Assembly: GCA_013265495.1 (NCBI GenBank)
Contig: MU057999.1
Span: 558,001-622,000, forward strand
Direction: 5' to 3'
Origin: Vicugna vicugna
Taxonomy: Eukaryota
Length of the DNA: 64,000 bases
Position 1 is the stretch's first letter, and every line of letters starts with the position of its first letter. Below the pieces are notes generated by a model, which saw only the letters and a list, made by a program, of their open reading frames with translations, had not been told where the DNA came from and did no database searches. Both the position numbers and the translations under genes were made by a program. Below are positions 1 through 13,328 of the stretch, one piece after another.

Positions 1-2400
1 ATTGCTTTTATCATTATTCTTGAGGATTTCAGTATCCACAGGAGTGATGCTAATACAGTACTTTGGTCTTTGAGTTTCTTGGTGTTCTTTCCTCCACAGA
101 TACATTGATCTCTTCCCTGTCTGGCCCATGATGCTTGATGATCACCTGACACCCCCCCCCCAATCCCTTAAAGTGCTCAGATCCTGCCACTTGTCACTGC
201 CCCATCTCTACCTCGTGTCCTCACTTCTCAGTCCTTACCTAGCTTACATCCCATGGTCACACTCCTTACATTCCCCTTCAACTCCTATGCCCTCTCTTAC
301 TTCATCACATTTGCCTGGCAAAACTGTGGCTCTCATTAAATCTAGCTTAGACCACGGCTGCAGAAAAATAACAATCATGCTGACTGGCCTCACTTTAAAT
401 TCATTGTCACTTACCTCAGATGGGTTCCTGTGCTGCCCAGAATCATATTTCCCCTCACTCTCCTACTTTCCATAATGACTGTTTCATACTTTCTCTTTTC
501 TCAGTTTTCAACACTTGTCCCCACATCTTCAGTTTTGGGTGATGATCTTTCTATTTCATTGAGAAAATACAAACAATGAGAAGATAATTTTCACAAATTT
601 CCAACCTTGTATCTCCTTGCCTGTTTGCAGCTGTGCCCCCCATATACTCTGCCTTCCTGCTGGAGGGACTGTCCACGCTCCCCCTATTCCCCAGCCACGA
701 CATCACTCCAGCATTTCTCCTTCTCTCTCCTGCATCCTCAGCTTTTTCCTTTATCCCCACTGGATAGTTTCCACCAACATGCACATTTCCCCTCTTAAAT
801 ATCTTCTCTTGACCTCTCTCTTCCTCCTCTGGATACTGCCCCATTTTTCTCCTTCATTTTATAACTAAACTACTGTAGGCATCTATATTTGTCTCCAATT
901 TTTCTTACACCCATTCAGTAAGACTTTTTCCCCCTCTCTCAACAGAAGCTTTTGCATGGAGGTCACCAGATGAGTTCGGCATTACTAAAGCCTGTGACTA
1001 GCCCTCATCTTCCCCATCCTATCTCCAGCAGTGAACCCAGCTGGTCTCTCCCTCCTTAAAATTCTGTCTTGATTTGGCTTGGAGGACAGCCGCACTTTCT
1101 TGGTTGTTCACCTCCCTTGTTAGCCACCCTTTCTCAGTCTCTTTTACTCCCCAGACTTCTAACATTGGAACTCCTTGCGGCCATGTCACTGTACCTCTTC
1201 TTTCTTCTATCTATGCCCACTCCCTTGGTGATGTCATTCAGTCTCAGAGTTTTGAGCACTGTGTGTATGTTGATAATTCTCAAATTTATATATATAGTCT
1301 TGACCTCTCCTTTTCGCTGCAGATTAAATTCCAACTGTCTTTTTCTCTTCATCTCCACTTTAGTGTCTAAGGCTGTCTCAGACTTGACATGTCCAAACTA
1401 AAGGCCCTGTTTTTTTTCCTCCACCAGAAATGGTCTTCCAACACCATTTCTGTTTCAATTAATAGCAGCTCCATTCCTCAAATTGCTCAAACCTAAAAAC
1501 CCTGGACTCAACCTTGATTTCTCTTTTCTCACACAACAACCAGAATGATTCTGTTGTAATGTTAAGTCAAATTATGTCCTCTGCTGTACATAAACCTTCA
1601 AGGAGCTTCTCTCAAAAGCCAAAGTTATCATAATGGCCTACACAGTCTCCCTGCCTATTAAATTTGACCTTTCTCTTCCTTTTTTTCCTTTTACTCACTC
1701 CATGCCTGCCACACCAACTTCCTTGCTCATCCTAAAACATACCAGGTTGCTTCCACTTCAAAGTCTTGTACTTGCTATTCTGTCTTCTCAGAATAGGATA
1801 ACTTCATCCCCATCTCACTCCGCGTTTGCTTGAATATTACTCAATCTGGTCATTCCTTTTTAAAGTTGCAACCCCCAGCTCTGAGCACTCTATGCTCTGT
1901 TTTCTCAAAACAGGTACAGTTGGCCCTCTGTATCCTGTGGGTTCTGCATCCATGGACTCAATGAACCATAGGTCTAAAAGTTTCTGGAAAAAACATTCCA
2001 GTTTTAAGTTCTAAAAAGCAAAACTTGAATTTGCCATCGCAGGCAACCATTTACACAGCATATATGTTGTATTTACATAGCATTTACATTGTATTAAGCA
2101 TTGTAAGTAATCTGGAAATGATTTCAAGTATACAGGAGGATGTGTGTTGGTTATATGCAAATAATATTACATAAGGGACTTGAGCATACTAAAATTTTAG
2201 TATCTGAACAGGTTGTGAACCAATGCCCCACTGATACTGTGGGACGGCTGTATTACCTTCTAATTTACTGTACATTGAGAGTGTTGCCTATCTCCCTCCA
2301 ATTGAGTGGGGCTAGAATTTTTATTTGTTGTGTTAAATATTATATCTGTAACACCTAGAACAGTACCTGGCATACATGGTGGAATTAATGAATGAGTAAT
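1..2400 (+). mobile_element. LINE-2 fragment, interrupted by MER2
   Basis: CT-rich L2-type sequence ending in the typical 3' end cctagaacagtacctggcatacat...aatgaatga (2354-2395). Confidence 0.75.
1917..2250 (-). mobile_element. MER2 (TcMar-Tigger) non-autonomous DNA transposon
   Basis: Imperfect TIRs (CAGTTGGCCCTCTGTATC / GATACTGTGGGACGGCTG), TA target duplication at 1915-1916 and 2251-2252, and a body matching the recalled MER2 consensus. Confidence 0.85.
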
Positions 2401-3195
2401 TATCAACTAGTGAACAATCATTACCCTAAGCCAGCATAAGACTTCTGGAGTTGAGGGTCCTGGAGGACAGCAATAGAAAGACTGAATTTCCTTTCCTTCT
2501 CTTTGCCCCATTTTCATAAATATTGGGCTCATTTTCTTGATCATGCAACTTGAAGTTACTATTGATCCATCATTAATTTTGAATTGTTTGACTTTGGGTT
2601 GCAGATCTGTTAAAATTTAGTACAGATATTCCTTGTTTGCAGTTCTGTTGAGATAATAAAAATCTGAATATCAAAGGATGCTGTGTTAACTGAATCTGTT
2701 TGGTTCCTGAGTTTTAGATACTGAGAAGTAAGAATTGGGCTACTGAGAAATTTATTTGAGAATTTACTTGAATCTGTGCAATTCCTGGGCTTGGATATCA
2801 GAAATTTGGGTAGTAAGGGATATCTGTATTTATATTCTGAAATTTTAGTTATTTAAGCATCAGTTTTCTGAACAATGACTAACAAATTATAACAACCCTT
2901 AGGTGGCAGCACATCTATGAAAATCATCATGAATTCAGCATTTAGTGTCTGTGTTTTGTACTCTTCACCATTAGGGTGTTAAATTTAGAAAGACAGGTAA
3001 CCAGGGGCGCAGTATGTGAGGAATTCAGTTTTACTCTGCAGTCCTACCAGCTAAGGGAGTAATGGGGCTCCTGCTGTGGAGAAAGGGGCATGTGTACCCA
3101 GGGACCTGGGGGAAAATTAAAGTAAAAGTGAATCTGGAAAGTAGTGACAGCCAGGGGAAGCACTTAGAAGTTAAGTACCTTAATTGCCTCTTCAG

Positions 3196-3309
3196 GAATT
3201 TCGTCAGAAATCACTGGACTGGGAGAAGCAGCGCCTGATTTACCAGCAACAGGTCTCCTCTCTGGAGGCACAAAGGAAGGCTCTGGCTGAACAATCAGAG
3301 ATAATTCAG
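3196..3309 (+). CDS. CEP63: CEP63 coding exon (114 nt, phase 0/0)
   Basis: ttcag|GAATTT...ATTCAG|gtatgt; [38 protein letters not shown]. Confidence 0.95.
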
Positions 3310-4954
3310 GTATGTTTAGGACATTTTTGAAATAATGAGAGGCAGAGAGGTTTTGATTAAATTTGAACTGGCTTAAAGCAGTGCACGTGTGCTCGCCCAT
3401 GTTCATGAGGACATGCTTACATGTTCTCATGGCCACCCGCTCCTTCGCTTGCTTCTTTCCTCATCGGCTCCTTGCTCCCTCACTCGTGCTCGCTCTTGCT
3501 CTCGCTCTGTCCCTGTCGTGCATTCTCGTGCTCACTCCATACCCACATTCATGTTCACTTTCCTAATCTTGGTCTTTCCCTCTCTCCATCCCTTTCTCTT
3601 TCTACCTCTGTTATCTGTCTCCTTTTCCATTTCTTCATGGCTGTGGTTCACTTGTTTTGGCTGTTTCTGGCCCTTGCCTTGGCTCTGCTTCTGTGTCTTG
3701 TGCCGTCTCTGTGATAGTGGGGGTCCCTTGGCTGAGGTCCCTCAGTGGGGAGCTTTGGCTAGTCCACCTGTTTGGACACAAATACTGACAGATGCACACT
3801 AACTAAAAGCAGTATCTTTGTGGTAACAAAAACACTTCTTAGAACACTACTAGAAACCTTTTTTTAATGAAGAACAAACAAGTAGCTTAAGCGAAGTGAA
3901 AAATCAGCCACCTAATTTAAGAATTTCCTTCTTAGAACATGCACAGTTTATTTGCTTTTTTCAATTAAAAAGCAAAAACAAAAAGGGAAATGAATATTTG
4001 TGACCATCATCTTCTGTGTACTAGAGATACTGTCTCAATGCTTCTTCTAAGTGTAATTGTCTAGATTATGTCATTATATGTTATCTGTCTAATCTTACGA
4101 TAATTTGTCAAGGTTGATAGTTTTCTCAGTTTTATAGAAGAGGGAATTACTGGGTAAGTTAATTGGGCTGGAGGGAAGCTTAAAGAAGTTTTTTAAAAAC
4201 AGTCTGCATTATTTGCTGTGCTAAATCTCCATAATACATTGGCTTTTAAGCATCCCTCCTGAGATATCCACTGGCTAATAAACTACCACGAATGGCTGTG
4301 CTGTGAGTGGCTCCACTCAGAATGGCAGGAGGGGCCCCCACAAGCTCAGAGAACAGCAGTGTTTACTAGGCTGCAGCAAGCTGTGCAGTCAGAGGGGGCC
4401 AATAAAATCCTGGAGGTCTAGACCGGAGTTGTTTTGACCTGAATGCTAAAGCACTATACAAGCATAAATAGCTGTAAGACATTGTTCCGTTTTAATTGTA
4501 GCCTTCAGATTGGCAAAAAAGAAAATTGAGTCCTCGTATTTAGTTCTCAATTACTCATATGTGTAATGTGCTTATTACTGACTGTGGATCCTTTTTCCAA
4601 GTTACTCTAGCAATTACTCTGCATAATTAAAACGTCGTTATTAGTAAAAATGAGATTTTTGTTTACCACAGTTCAGCTAGGGTTAGAATAAGAAGGCTTT
4701 AAAAAGGCAACATTTGTTTTCCTTATTTAAAGGTATTTGAATTGTTTTTCCCATAGTTTTGTTTAAACTAAAACTGCTTCATTGTTTAACTCAAAAAATA
4801 TTACTTATATTTCTTTCTCCCTTAGTAAACTAAATAAAATTAAATCTATTTATGATTCAATGTGTAGCAGTACTGTATGGTCCCTATTCAAAAAAATAAT
4901 AAATAAATTTCTGTATTCCCATTATCCAGCATTAATAGGTATCATTTTACCAAT

Positions 4955-5120
4955 TTTTTTTTATTGTGGTGAAAAACATTAAAACTTACCACCTTACCCA
5001 CTGTAAAGAGTGTACTATAGTTAATGCGAACTCTGTGCATGTTGTTGTATAACAAATCTCTAGAACTTTTTTAACTTGCAGAATTAAGTCTCTATAATCA
5101 TGGAACAATTCATTTTGCCC
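4955..5120 (-). mobile_element. L1MA-type 3' end fragment
   Basis: tttttttattgtggtgaaaaaca...ttgtataacaaatctctagaact, typical of an antisense L1MA 3' end. Confidence 0.55.
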
Positions 5121-6079
5121 GCCTTGTTTCATCCTTCCCTACTTTTTATTTTTGGCTGGAATATTACAAAGCAAATCACAGACATTGTCTTATTTCCTGA
5201 CAGATTAGGACTTTAAAAAAATAATTAAGTATACCAGTGTCACATTAACAGAATAAATAATAATTTTGAAATGATTTAATATCTATTCTGTTCAGATTTT
5301 CCCAGTTGTGTGAAATAATGTCTTTTTACAGTTGGATGTTCAACTTGGACTCCAGTCATGGTTGAAACATTGCATTTTGTTGATATGTGAATCACCAGTG
5401 AATAGTAAAGGCAGAAAATCTGAGACCGGATAAATGGATATCAACATCCACTCTTCCCCACAATTAAAATTTTTTTGATATAAATCTTTTTCTTACATAC
5501 TTTTAAAATTCTAAAAGTGGAGGTCAGAATAACTTCTCACTCCTTGAGTTATATATTTGCCTGAGTTTTTCAATTAGCCACGGAAATGACATGTTCATTT
5601 TAGAAAACTGAGGAAATATTGATGAAATGAGAAATAATAACACACTCGTAACTCTATCCTTTAGAGATTTACTCTGATTAACATTTCAGTGTAAATTTCT
5701 TCTGACTTTTTCTATGCTTACGTGCAGTGTACATTACATTCACATACATTTGATAGGAAAAACATTGTATGTGTGTGTATGGGAGGGATAGTTGCAAACT
5801 TTAAAAATTACTGAGAATGGCAAAATGTTGATAATTCTTGATGCTAGGTGATGATATATAGGAGTTCATCATCTTATTCTTTCCATATTTGTATATGTTT
5901 GAAAGTTTCCATTAAATATAATGTGAAAATGTAAATTATATGCCTACAATGTGACAGGAACTATGCTAAGCACTGTATAATATAATATTTGATTTGATTT
6001 TCACAAATTAAAAATTTTCCTTTTTAAATATAACACGTCAACCAATCTGAGTCATAAAGATTACATAGAAGTCTAGTCT

Positions 6080-6492
6080 ACCATTAAGTATACCTTCATT
6101 TATGTAACCAATCCCTTGTTGTAGAACATTTGCTTTTTTACTTTTTCAGTGTTATAAGTAGCACTTGGGTGAACATCCTTATATAAACATACAGGAGAGT
6201 GTATGTCTACTTATTTTCTTAGGAATTAGGCCTAGAAATGAGATTGCTGCATTAGAATAGTTGTACATTCTTAAAGATTTTAATGTATATTGTCACAGTA
6301 CTCTTCGAAGATGTATTGATACACACTTTGACCAGCAGTGTTTGAGAATATCCATTTCCTCACACTTTTTCAATATTGGGCACTGTAGTTTATTTTATTT
6401 CATTATTTCTTTTAATTTCTCCTACTTTTAGGCTTGTCTTTGCCAATCTGATAGATGAAAAGAATGGTATCCAGTTGTTTTAATTTGCATTT
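6080..6492 (-). mobile_element. Old L1M fragment, left half (continues at ~13329-13760)
   Basis: Degenerate antisense L1 3' sequence ending ...gttttaatttgcattt and resuming tgcatttctttaattatgact... after the nested L1. Confidence 0.6.
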
Positions 6493-9400
6493 TTGGAGGT
6501 ATTTTTAAAATTTATTTTTATACAATTTTTAAAGGTTATTTTACATGTACAATTACTATAGAATATTGGCTATATTCCCTGTGTTGTGCAATCCATCATT
6601 GCGCTTATCTTACACCCGGTAGTTTGTACCTCCCACCCCACTCCTCCACCCCTAAATTACCCTTCCCCCCCCTCCCCTACTGGTAACCAATGGTTTGTTC
6701 TCTATTTATGTGCATCTGCTTCTTTTTTGTTATATTCACTAGTTTGTTGTAAGTGTTAGATTCCACGTATAAGTGATATCATACAGTATTTGTCTTTTCC
6801 CTGTTTGACTTACTTCACTTATAATGCCTTCCCAGTCTATCCATATTGCTGCAAATGGCACAATTTCATTCTTTTTTTTTTTTTTTTTCAGATATATACC
6901 CAGGAGTGGAATTGCTGGGTCATATGGCAGTTCTATTTTTAGTTTTTTGAAAAACCTGCATCTTGTTTTCCACAGTGTGTGCACCAATTCACATTCCCAC
7001 CAACAGTGTACACGGGTTCGCTTTTTTCCACGTCCTCGCCAACATTTGTTACTTGTGTTCTTTTTGATGATAGCCATTCTGACAGGTGTCGGGTGATATC
7101 TCATTGTGGTTTTGATTTGCATTTCCTCGCTAGTTAGTGAGATTGAGCAGATTTTCATGTGCTTGTTGGCCATCTGTATTTCCTATTTAGAGAAATGTCT
7201 GTTCAGTTCTTTTGCCCAGTTTTAAATTGGATTTTTTGTTTTTTTGATGTTGAGTTTTATGAGCTATTTATATATATTAGATATTAATCCCTTATTGGTC
7301 CTACTGTTTGCAAATATTTTCTCCCATTCAATAGGTTGTCTTTTTATTTTGTCATTGGTTTCCTTTGCTGTGCAAAAGCTTTTAAGTTTAAGTCCCATTT
7401 GTTTATTTTTGCTTTTATTTCCTTTATTTTAGGAGATGAATACAAAAAAAAATTGCAGTGATTTATGTCAAAGAGTGTCTGCCAATGTTTTCCTCCAGGA
7501 ATTTTATAGTACCTGGTCTTACATTTAGGTCTTTAATCCATTTTGAGTTTATTTTTGTATATGGTGTTAGAGAATTTTCTTATCTCATTCTTTTACATGT
7601 AGCTGTCCAGTGTCCCCAACACCACTGTTGAAGAGACTGTCTTTTCTCCACTGTATATTTTTACTTCTTTTGCCATAGATTAATTAATTATAAGTGCATG
7701 GGTTTATTTCAGGACTTTTTATCCTGTTCCGTTGATCTATTTTTTTGGTACCATACTGTTTTGATAACTGTAGCTTTGTAGTATAGTCTGAAGTCAGGGA
7801 GCATGATTCCCACAGCTCGATTCTTCTTTCTCAAGATTGTTTTGGTTATTGGGGGTTTTTTGTGTTTCCATAAAATTTTAACATTTTTTGTTATAGTTCT
7901 GTGAAAAATATCATTGGTAATTTGATAGGGATTGCATTGAATCTCCATATTGCCTTGGGTGGTATGGTGATTTTAACAATATTGATTCTTCCAATCTAAG
8001 AACACAGTATATCTTTCCATCTGTGTCATCTTCAGTTTCTTTCATCAGTGTCTTACAGTTTTTGTAGTACAGATCTTTTGACTCCTTAGGTAGATTTATT
8101 CCTTAGGTATTTGATTCTTTTTGATGTAATGGTAAATGTGATTGTTTTCTTAATTTTTCTTTCTGCTGCATGTTGTTAGTGTATAGAAATGCAATAGATT
8201 TCTGTATATTAAATTTGTATCCTGCAACTTTACTGAATTCATTGATGAGCTCTAGTAGTTTTCTGGTGGCATCTTTAGGATTTTCTATGTATGGTAACAT
8301 GTAATCTGCAAACAGTGACAGTCTTACTTCTTCCTTTCCAATTTGAATTTCTTTTTATCTCTTTTCCTTGTCTGAATGCTATGGCTAGAACTTCCAATAC
8401 TATGTTGAATAAAAACTGTGAGAGTGGGCATCCTTGTTTTGTTCCTGATCTTAAAGGAAATGCTTTCAACTTGTCTTTTTTTTAGTATGATGTTAGCTGA
8501 GAGTTTGTCATATATGGCCTTTATTATGTTGAGATATGTTTCCTCAGTGCCCACTTTCTGGAGACTTTTTATCATAAATGGATGTTGGATTTTATCAAAA
8601 ACTTTTTCTGCGCCTGTTGAGATCATATGGTTTTTATTCTTCAGTTTGTTAATGTGGTATATCACATTGATTAATTTGTGGATATTGAAAAGCCCTTGTA
8701 TCCTGGGTATAAATTCTACTTGATCATGATGTATACTCTTTTTTAATATATTGTTGGATTCAGTTTGCTAGTATTTTGTTGAGGATTTTTGCATCAATGT
8801 TCATCAGTGATACTGGCCTATAATTTTCTTTTTGTGGATCTGTGATATCTTGTCTGGTTTTGGTATCAGAGTGATGTTCGCCTCATAGACAAAGTCTGAA
8901 ACTGTTCCTTCCTCTGCAATTTTTTGGAATAGTTTCAGAAGGATAGGTGGTAACTCTTCTTTAAATGTTTGGTAGAATTTACCTGTGAAGCCATCTGGTC
9001 TTGGTCTTCTGTTTGTTGGGAGTTTTAAAATTATTCAATTTCATTACTGGTAATTGGTCTGTTCATATTTTCTATTTTCTTCTTGGTTCAGTCTTGGAAG
9101 ATTGTACCTTTCTAAGCATTTGTCCATTTCTTCTAAGTTGCTCATTTTATTGATGTATAGTTGCTCATTAGTAGTCTCTTATGATCCTTTGTACTTCTGT
9201 GATGTTGGTTGTAACTTATCTGTTTTCATTCTGATTTTATTGATTTGAGGCCCCCCCCCATTTATGAGACTGGTTAAAGATTTATCAATTTTATCTTTTC
9301 AAAGAATCAGCTTTCAGTTTCATTGATCTCTTCTATTTTTTTTTTTAGTCTCTTTCATTTATTTCTGCTCTGATCTTTATGATTTCTTTCCTTCTAGTAA

Positions 9401-12400
9401 CTTTAGATTTTATTTCTTCTTTCTCTAGTTGCTTTAGGTATAAGGTTAGGTTGTTTATTTGAGATTTTTTCCTGTTTCCTGAGGTAAGCTTGCATTGCTA
9501 TGAACTTCCCATTTAGAACTGCTTTTATTGTGTCCCATAGGTTTTGGATCCTCGTGTTTTTGTTTTCACTTGTCTCTAGGTACTATTATGTTTCCTCTTT
9601 GTTTTCTTCAGTGATCCATTGGTTGTTTAGTAGCATATTGTTTAGCACCTTGTATTTGTGGTTTTTTGCACTGTTTTCTCTTGTAGTTGATCTCTAGTCT
9701 CATAGTGTTGTGGTCGGAAAAGATGCTTGATATGATTTCAGTTTTCTTAAATCTGCCCAGTTGTGGTTTGTGGCCCAGCATGTGATCTGCTGTGGAGAAT
9801 GGTGCATGTGCACTTGAAAAGAATGTGTATTCTGTTGCTTTCAGGTGGAATGCTGTCTATATATCAGTGAAGTCTATTTGGTCTGTTTGTTATTTAAGGC
9901 CTGAGTTTCCTTATTTTCTGTCTAGATGATTTGTCCATTGATGTAAGTGGGGTGTTGAAGTCCTCACTATTGTGTTACTGTCAATTTCTCCTTTAATGTC
10001 TGTTAATATTTGCCTTATATATTAAGGTGCTCCTATGTTGGGTGTATATATTTGCCATTGTTATCTTATTTTTGGATTGATCCCTGGATCATTATATAGT
10101 GTCCTTTGTCTCTTGTAACAGTCTTCATTTTAGAGTCTGTTTTGTCTAAGTGTTGATACTCTTGCTTTCTTTTGATTTCCATTTGCCTGTAATACCTTTT
10201 CCATCCCCTCACTTTCAGTCTGTATGTGTTTCTAGATCTGAAGTGAGTCTCTTGTAGGCAGCATATGTATGGGTCTTATTATTGTATCCATTCACCCAGT
10301 CTATCTTTTGGTTGGAGCATTTAGTCCATTTACATTTAAGGTAATTATCAGTATGTATGTTCTTATTGCCACTTTGAATTGTTTTGGATTAGTTTTGTGT
10401 AGGTCTTTCCTCCCCTTCCCCCACTTTTTTCTCTTATTCTCTTTTCTTGTGATTTGATGACTTTCTTTAGCATTATGTTTGGATTCCTTTTTCTTTTTTA
10501 TGTGTATGTCTGCTCTAGATTTTTGATTTGTGATTATCATGAGGCTTTTATATAGCAGTCTGTGTATGTGATTCTTTTAAGTTGCTGATCTCTTAATTTC
10601 AAGTGCATTTTTAAAACCTTGTATTTGTACTCTCCTCCCTTCACGATTGCTGTTTTTGACATCATATTTTACATCTAATTGTTTTGTATATCCCTTAACT
10701 GCTTATTGTGGGTATAGATGACTTTACTACTTTTTGTCTTTTTACCTCCCTACTAGCTTTGTAAGTGATTTCCTACCTTTACTGTATGTTTGCCTTTACC
10801 AGTGAGCTTTTTCATTTCATAATTTTCTTGTTTCTAGTTATGGTTTTTTCTTTTGTACCTGGAGAAGTTTCTTTAACATTTGTTGTACAGCTGGCTTGGT
10901 GATGCTATAATCTTTCAGCCTTTGCTTGTCTCTAAAGCTTTTGATTTCTCCATGAAATCTGAATAAGAGCCTTGCTGAGTAGAGTATCCTTGTTGTAGGT
11001 TTTTCCCTTTCATCACCTTAAATATATCATGCCACTCCCTTCCGGCCTGCAGAGTTTTTGCTGACAGCCTTGTGGGAGTTCCCTTGTATGTTATTTGTTG
11101 CTCTTCCCTTGCTACTTTTAATATGCTCTCTTTATCTTTAATTTTTGTCATTTTGATTACATTGTGTCTTGGTGTGGTCCTCTTTGGGTTGATCCTATTT
11201 GGGACTGTCTGCCCTTCCTGGGCTTAGCTGGATTTTTTCTTCCCCAGGTTAGGGATGTTTTCAGCCTTTATGTTCTTAAATATGTTCTCAGGCCCTTTCT
11301 CTCTCTTTTCTTCTTCTGAGACCCCTATAATGTGAGTATTAGTGAGCTTGATGCCATCCGAGGGGTCTCTTAAATTATCCTCATTTTTTTTCGTTCTTTT
11401 TTTTTTCCTTTTTTCTGTTCGGCAGCAGTGATTTCCACTGCTCTTTCTTCCAGCTCACTGATCTATTTCTCTGTATCATTTATTCTACTGTTGATTCCTT
11501 CTAGTGATTTTTCATTTCAGTTATTTTATTCATCTCTTTTTAATTGTTCTTTATATTTTCTAACTCTTTGTTTAAAACTTCTAATTTTTTGCCCTGTGCA
11601 TCCATTCTTCTGCCAAGTTCTTTGATCATCTTTATCATCATTACTCTGAAATCTTCCTTTGGTAGATTGCCTGTTTCCACTTCTTAATTCTTCTGCTGGG
11701 TTTGATCTTGTTCCTTCATCTAGAACATGTTCCTCTGCCACCTCATTTTGTCTAAGTTGCTATTTGTATTTTTACGTATGTGGTAGGTTAGTTACACTTC
11801 TCAGCCTTTGAGAAATGGCCTCCTGTAGGATCGTCCTGTGCATCCCCGCAGTATATTCCCCTTTCATTACCCAAGGTATATGCTCTAGATGTTCCCCCTA
11901 AGAATGCTGCATGAGTCCTTCTGTTGTGGTGGGCTGTGTGGGTGTTCTGGTAGGCTTGTTTGGCCCCTAGCCCAGTAGGTTGCTAGGCCCTACCTTGTAC
12001 AGATGTTGTGGTCTGCTGTTTAGTGGGGCCTGGTCACGATGCGGCTGGCTCCAGAACTCTAGGGGGCCCCTGGGATAGTACTGGCTCACTGGTGGGCCAA
12101 GTCAGGATCCCAGAGACTCTGGGGCTGTTGCCCGCCCACTGGTGGGTGTAGCCAGGTCCTTGGGTTAGTGCTGGACTACTGGCAGGCAGAGCTGGTTCCT
12201 GAAATCTGGCTATAGGACCCAGGGATCCCAGAGCTCATTTCAGATAATTGTTTGGGGTGGCTGGTTCCTCACACAGTTGGGTATGGTGTTTGGGGTGTCC
12301 TGAGGCTTGCATTGGCCTACTAGCGTACAGGCCCAGGGACAGCTGTTCGGAGGGTAGAGTCTGGCCTACTGTGAGGGGGCTGGGTCTGCAGGCTATTAGT

Positions 12401-13328
12401 ATTCTTACTAATGTAGTATCATAGTATTCTAGAGTCTGGTGCCCTGTCCCCTGATGGTGAGTGAGGTTGGTCTAGAGGCTAATGCAGGCTTACTGGAGGG
12501 CAAGGCCAGTTTCTGCCCTCTGGTGGGCAGAGCCGTGTGTCTAGGGGCATGTCTAGAGGTGGCCATGGGCTCAGGAAGTCTTTAGGCAGCCTGTCTGCTG
12601 ATGAGTGGGGCTGTGTCCCCACCCAGTTGTTTGGTCTGAGGCATCCCAGCACTGGTGCCTACAGATTACTGGGGAGGTCAGGTCTTGGTGCTAAAGAGCC
12701 AAGATGTCAGCCACCAGCAGCAGTGTTCACATAATAGAATGTGTTCCCAAATATGGCTGATACCAGTGTCTGTGTCCCCAGGATGAGCTGCAGTTGTCCC
12801 CCACCTCTCCAGGAGACTTTCCAAGACCAGCAGGTAGGTTGGCCCAGGCTTCTATCAAATTACTGCTTTTACCCTGGATCCCCAGTGTGTGTAAGATTTT
12901 GTGTACGCCCTTTAAGGGTAAAGTTTGCTGTTTCCTGCATTTCTGTGGGGCTTCTGAAATTAAGCCCCACTGGCTTTCAAAGCCAAATACTCTGAGGGAT
13001 CATCTTCCCAGTGCAGGATCCCTGGGCTGTGGAGCCTGAAGTGGGGCTCAGAACTCTCACTTCTGTGGGAGAACCCTTGTGTTATAATTATTTTCCAGCT
13101 TGTGGGTTCTCCACCCAGGGGTATAGGACTTGATTATATCGTGAGTGCACCCCTCTTAGCCCTCTTATTGTGGTTCCTTCTTTATGTCTTTAGTTGTAGA
13201 AGATCTTTTCTGGTTAATTCCAGTCTCTTTCATCAGTGGTTCTTCTGCAGATAGTTGTGATATGGGTGTGCTCGTGAGAGGAGGTGAGCTCAGGGTCTTT
13301 CCATTCCACCGTCTTGGCTGTTAACCTC
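6493..13328 (-). mobile_element. Near-full-length L1 (5'UTR, ORF1, ORF2, 3'UTR), inactivated
   Basis: ORF2 remnants ([46 protein letters not shown]), ORF1 remnant (KIKDKESILKVAREEQQITYKG), GC-richer 5'UTR at ~11800-13328, many stops and frameshifts, TGCATTT on both flanks. Confidence 0.93.
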
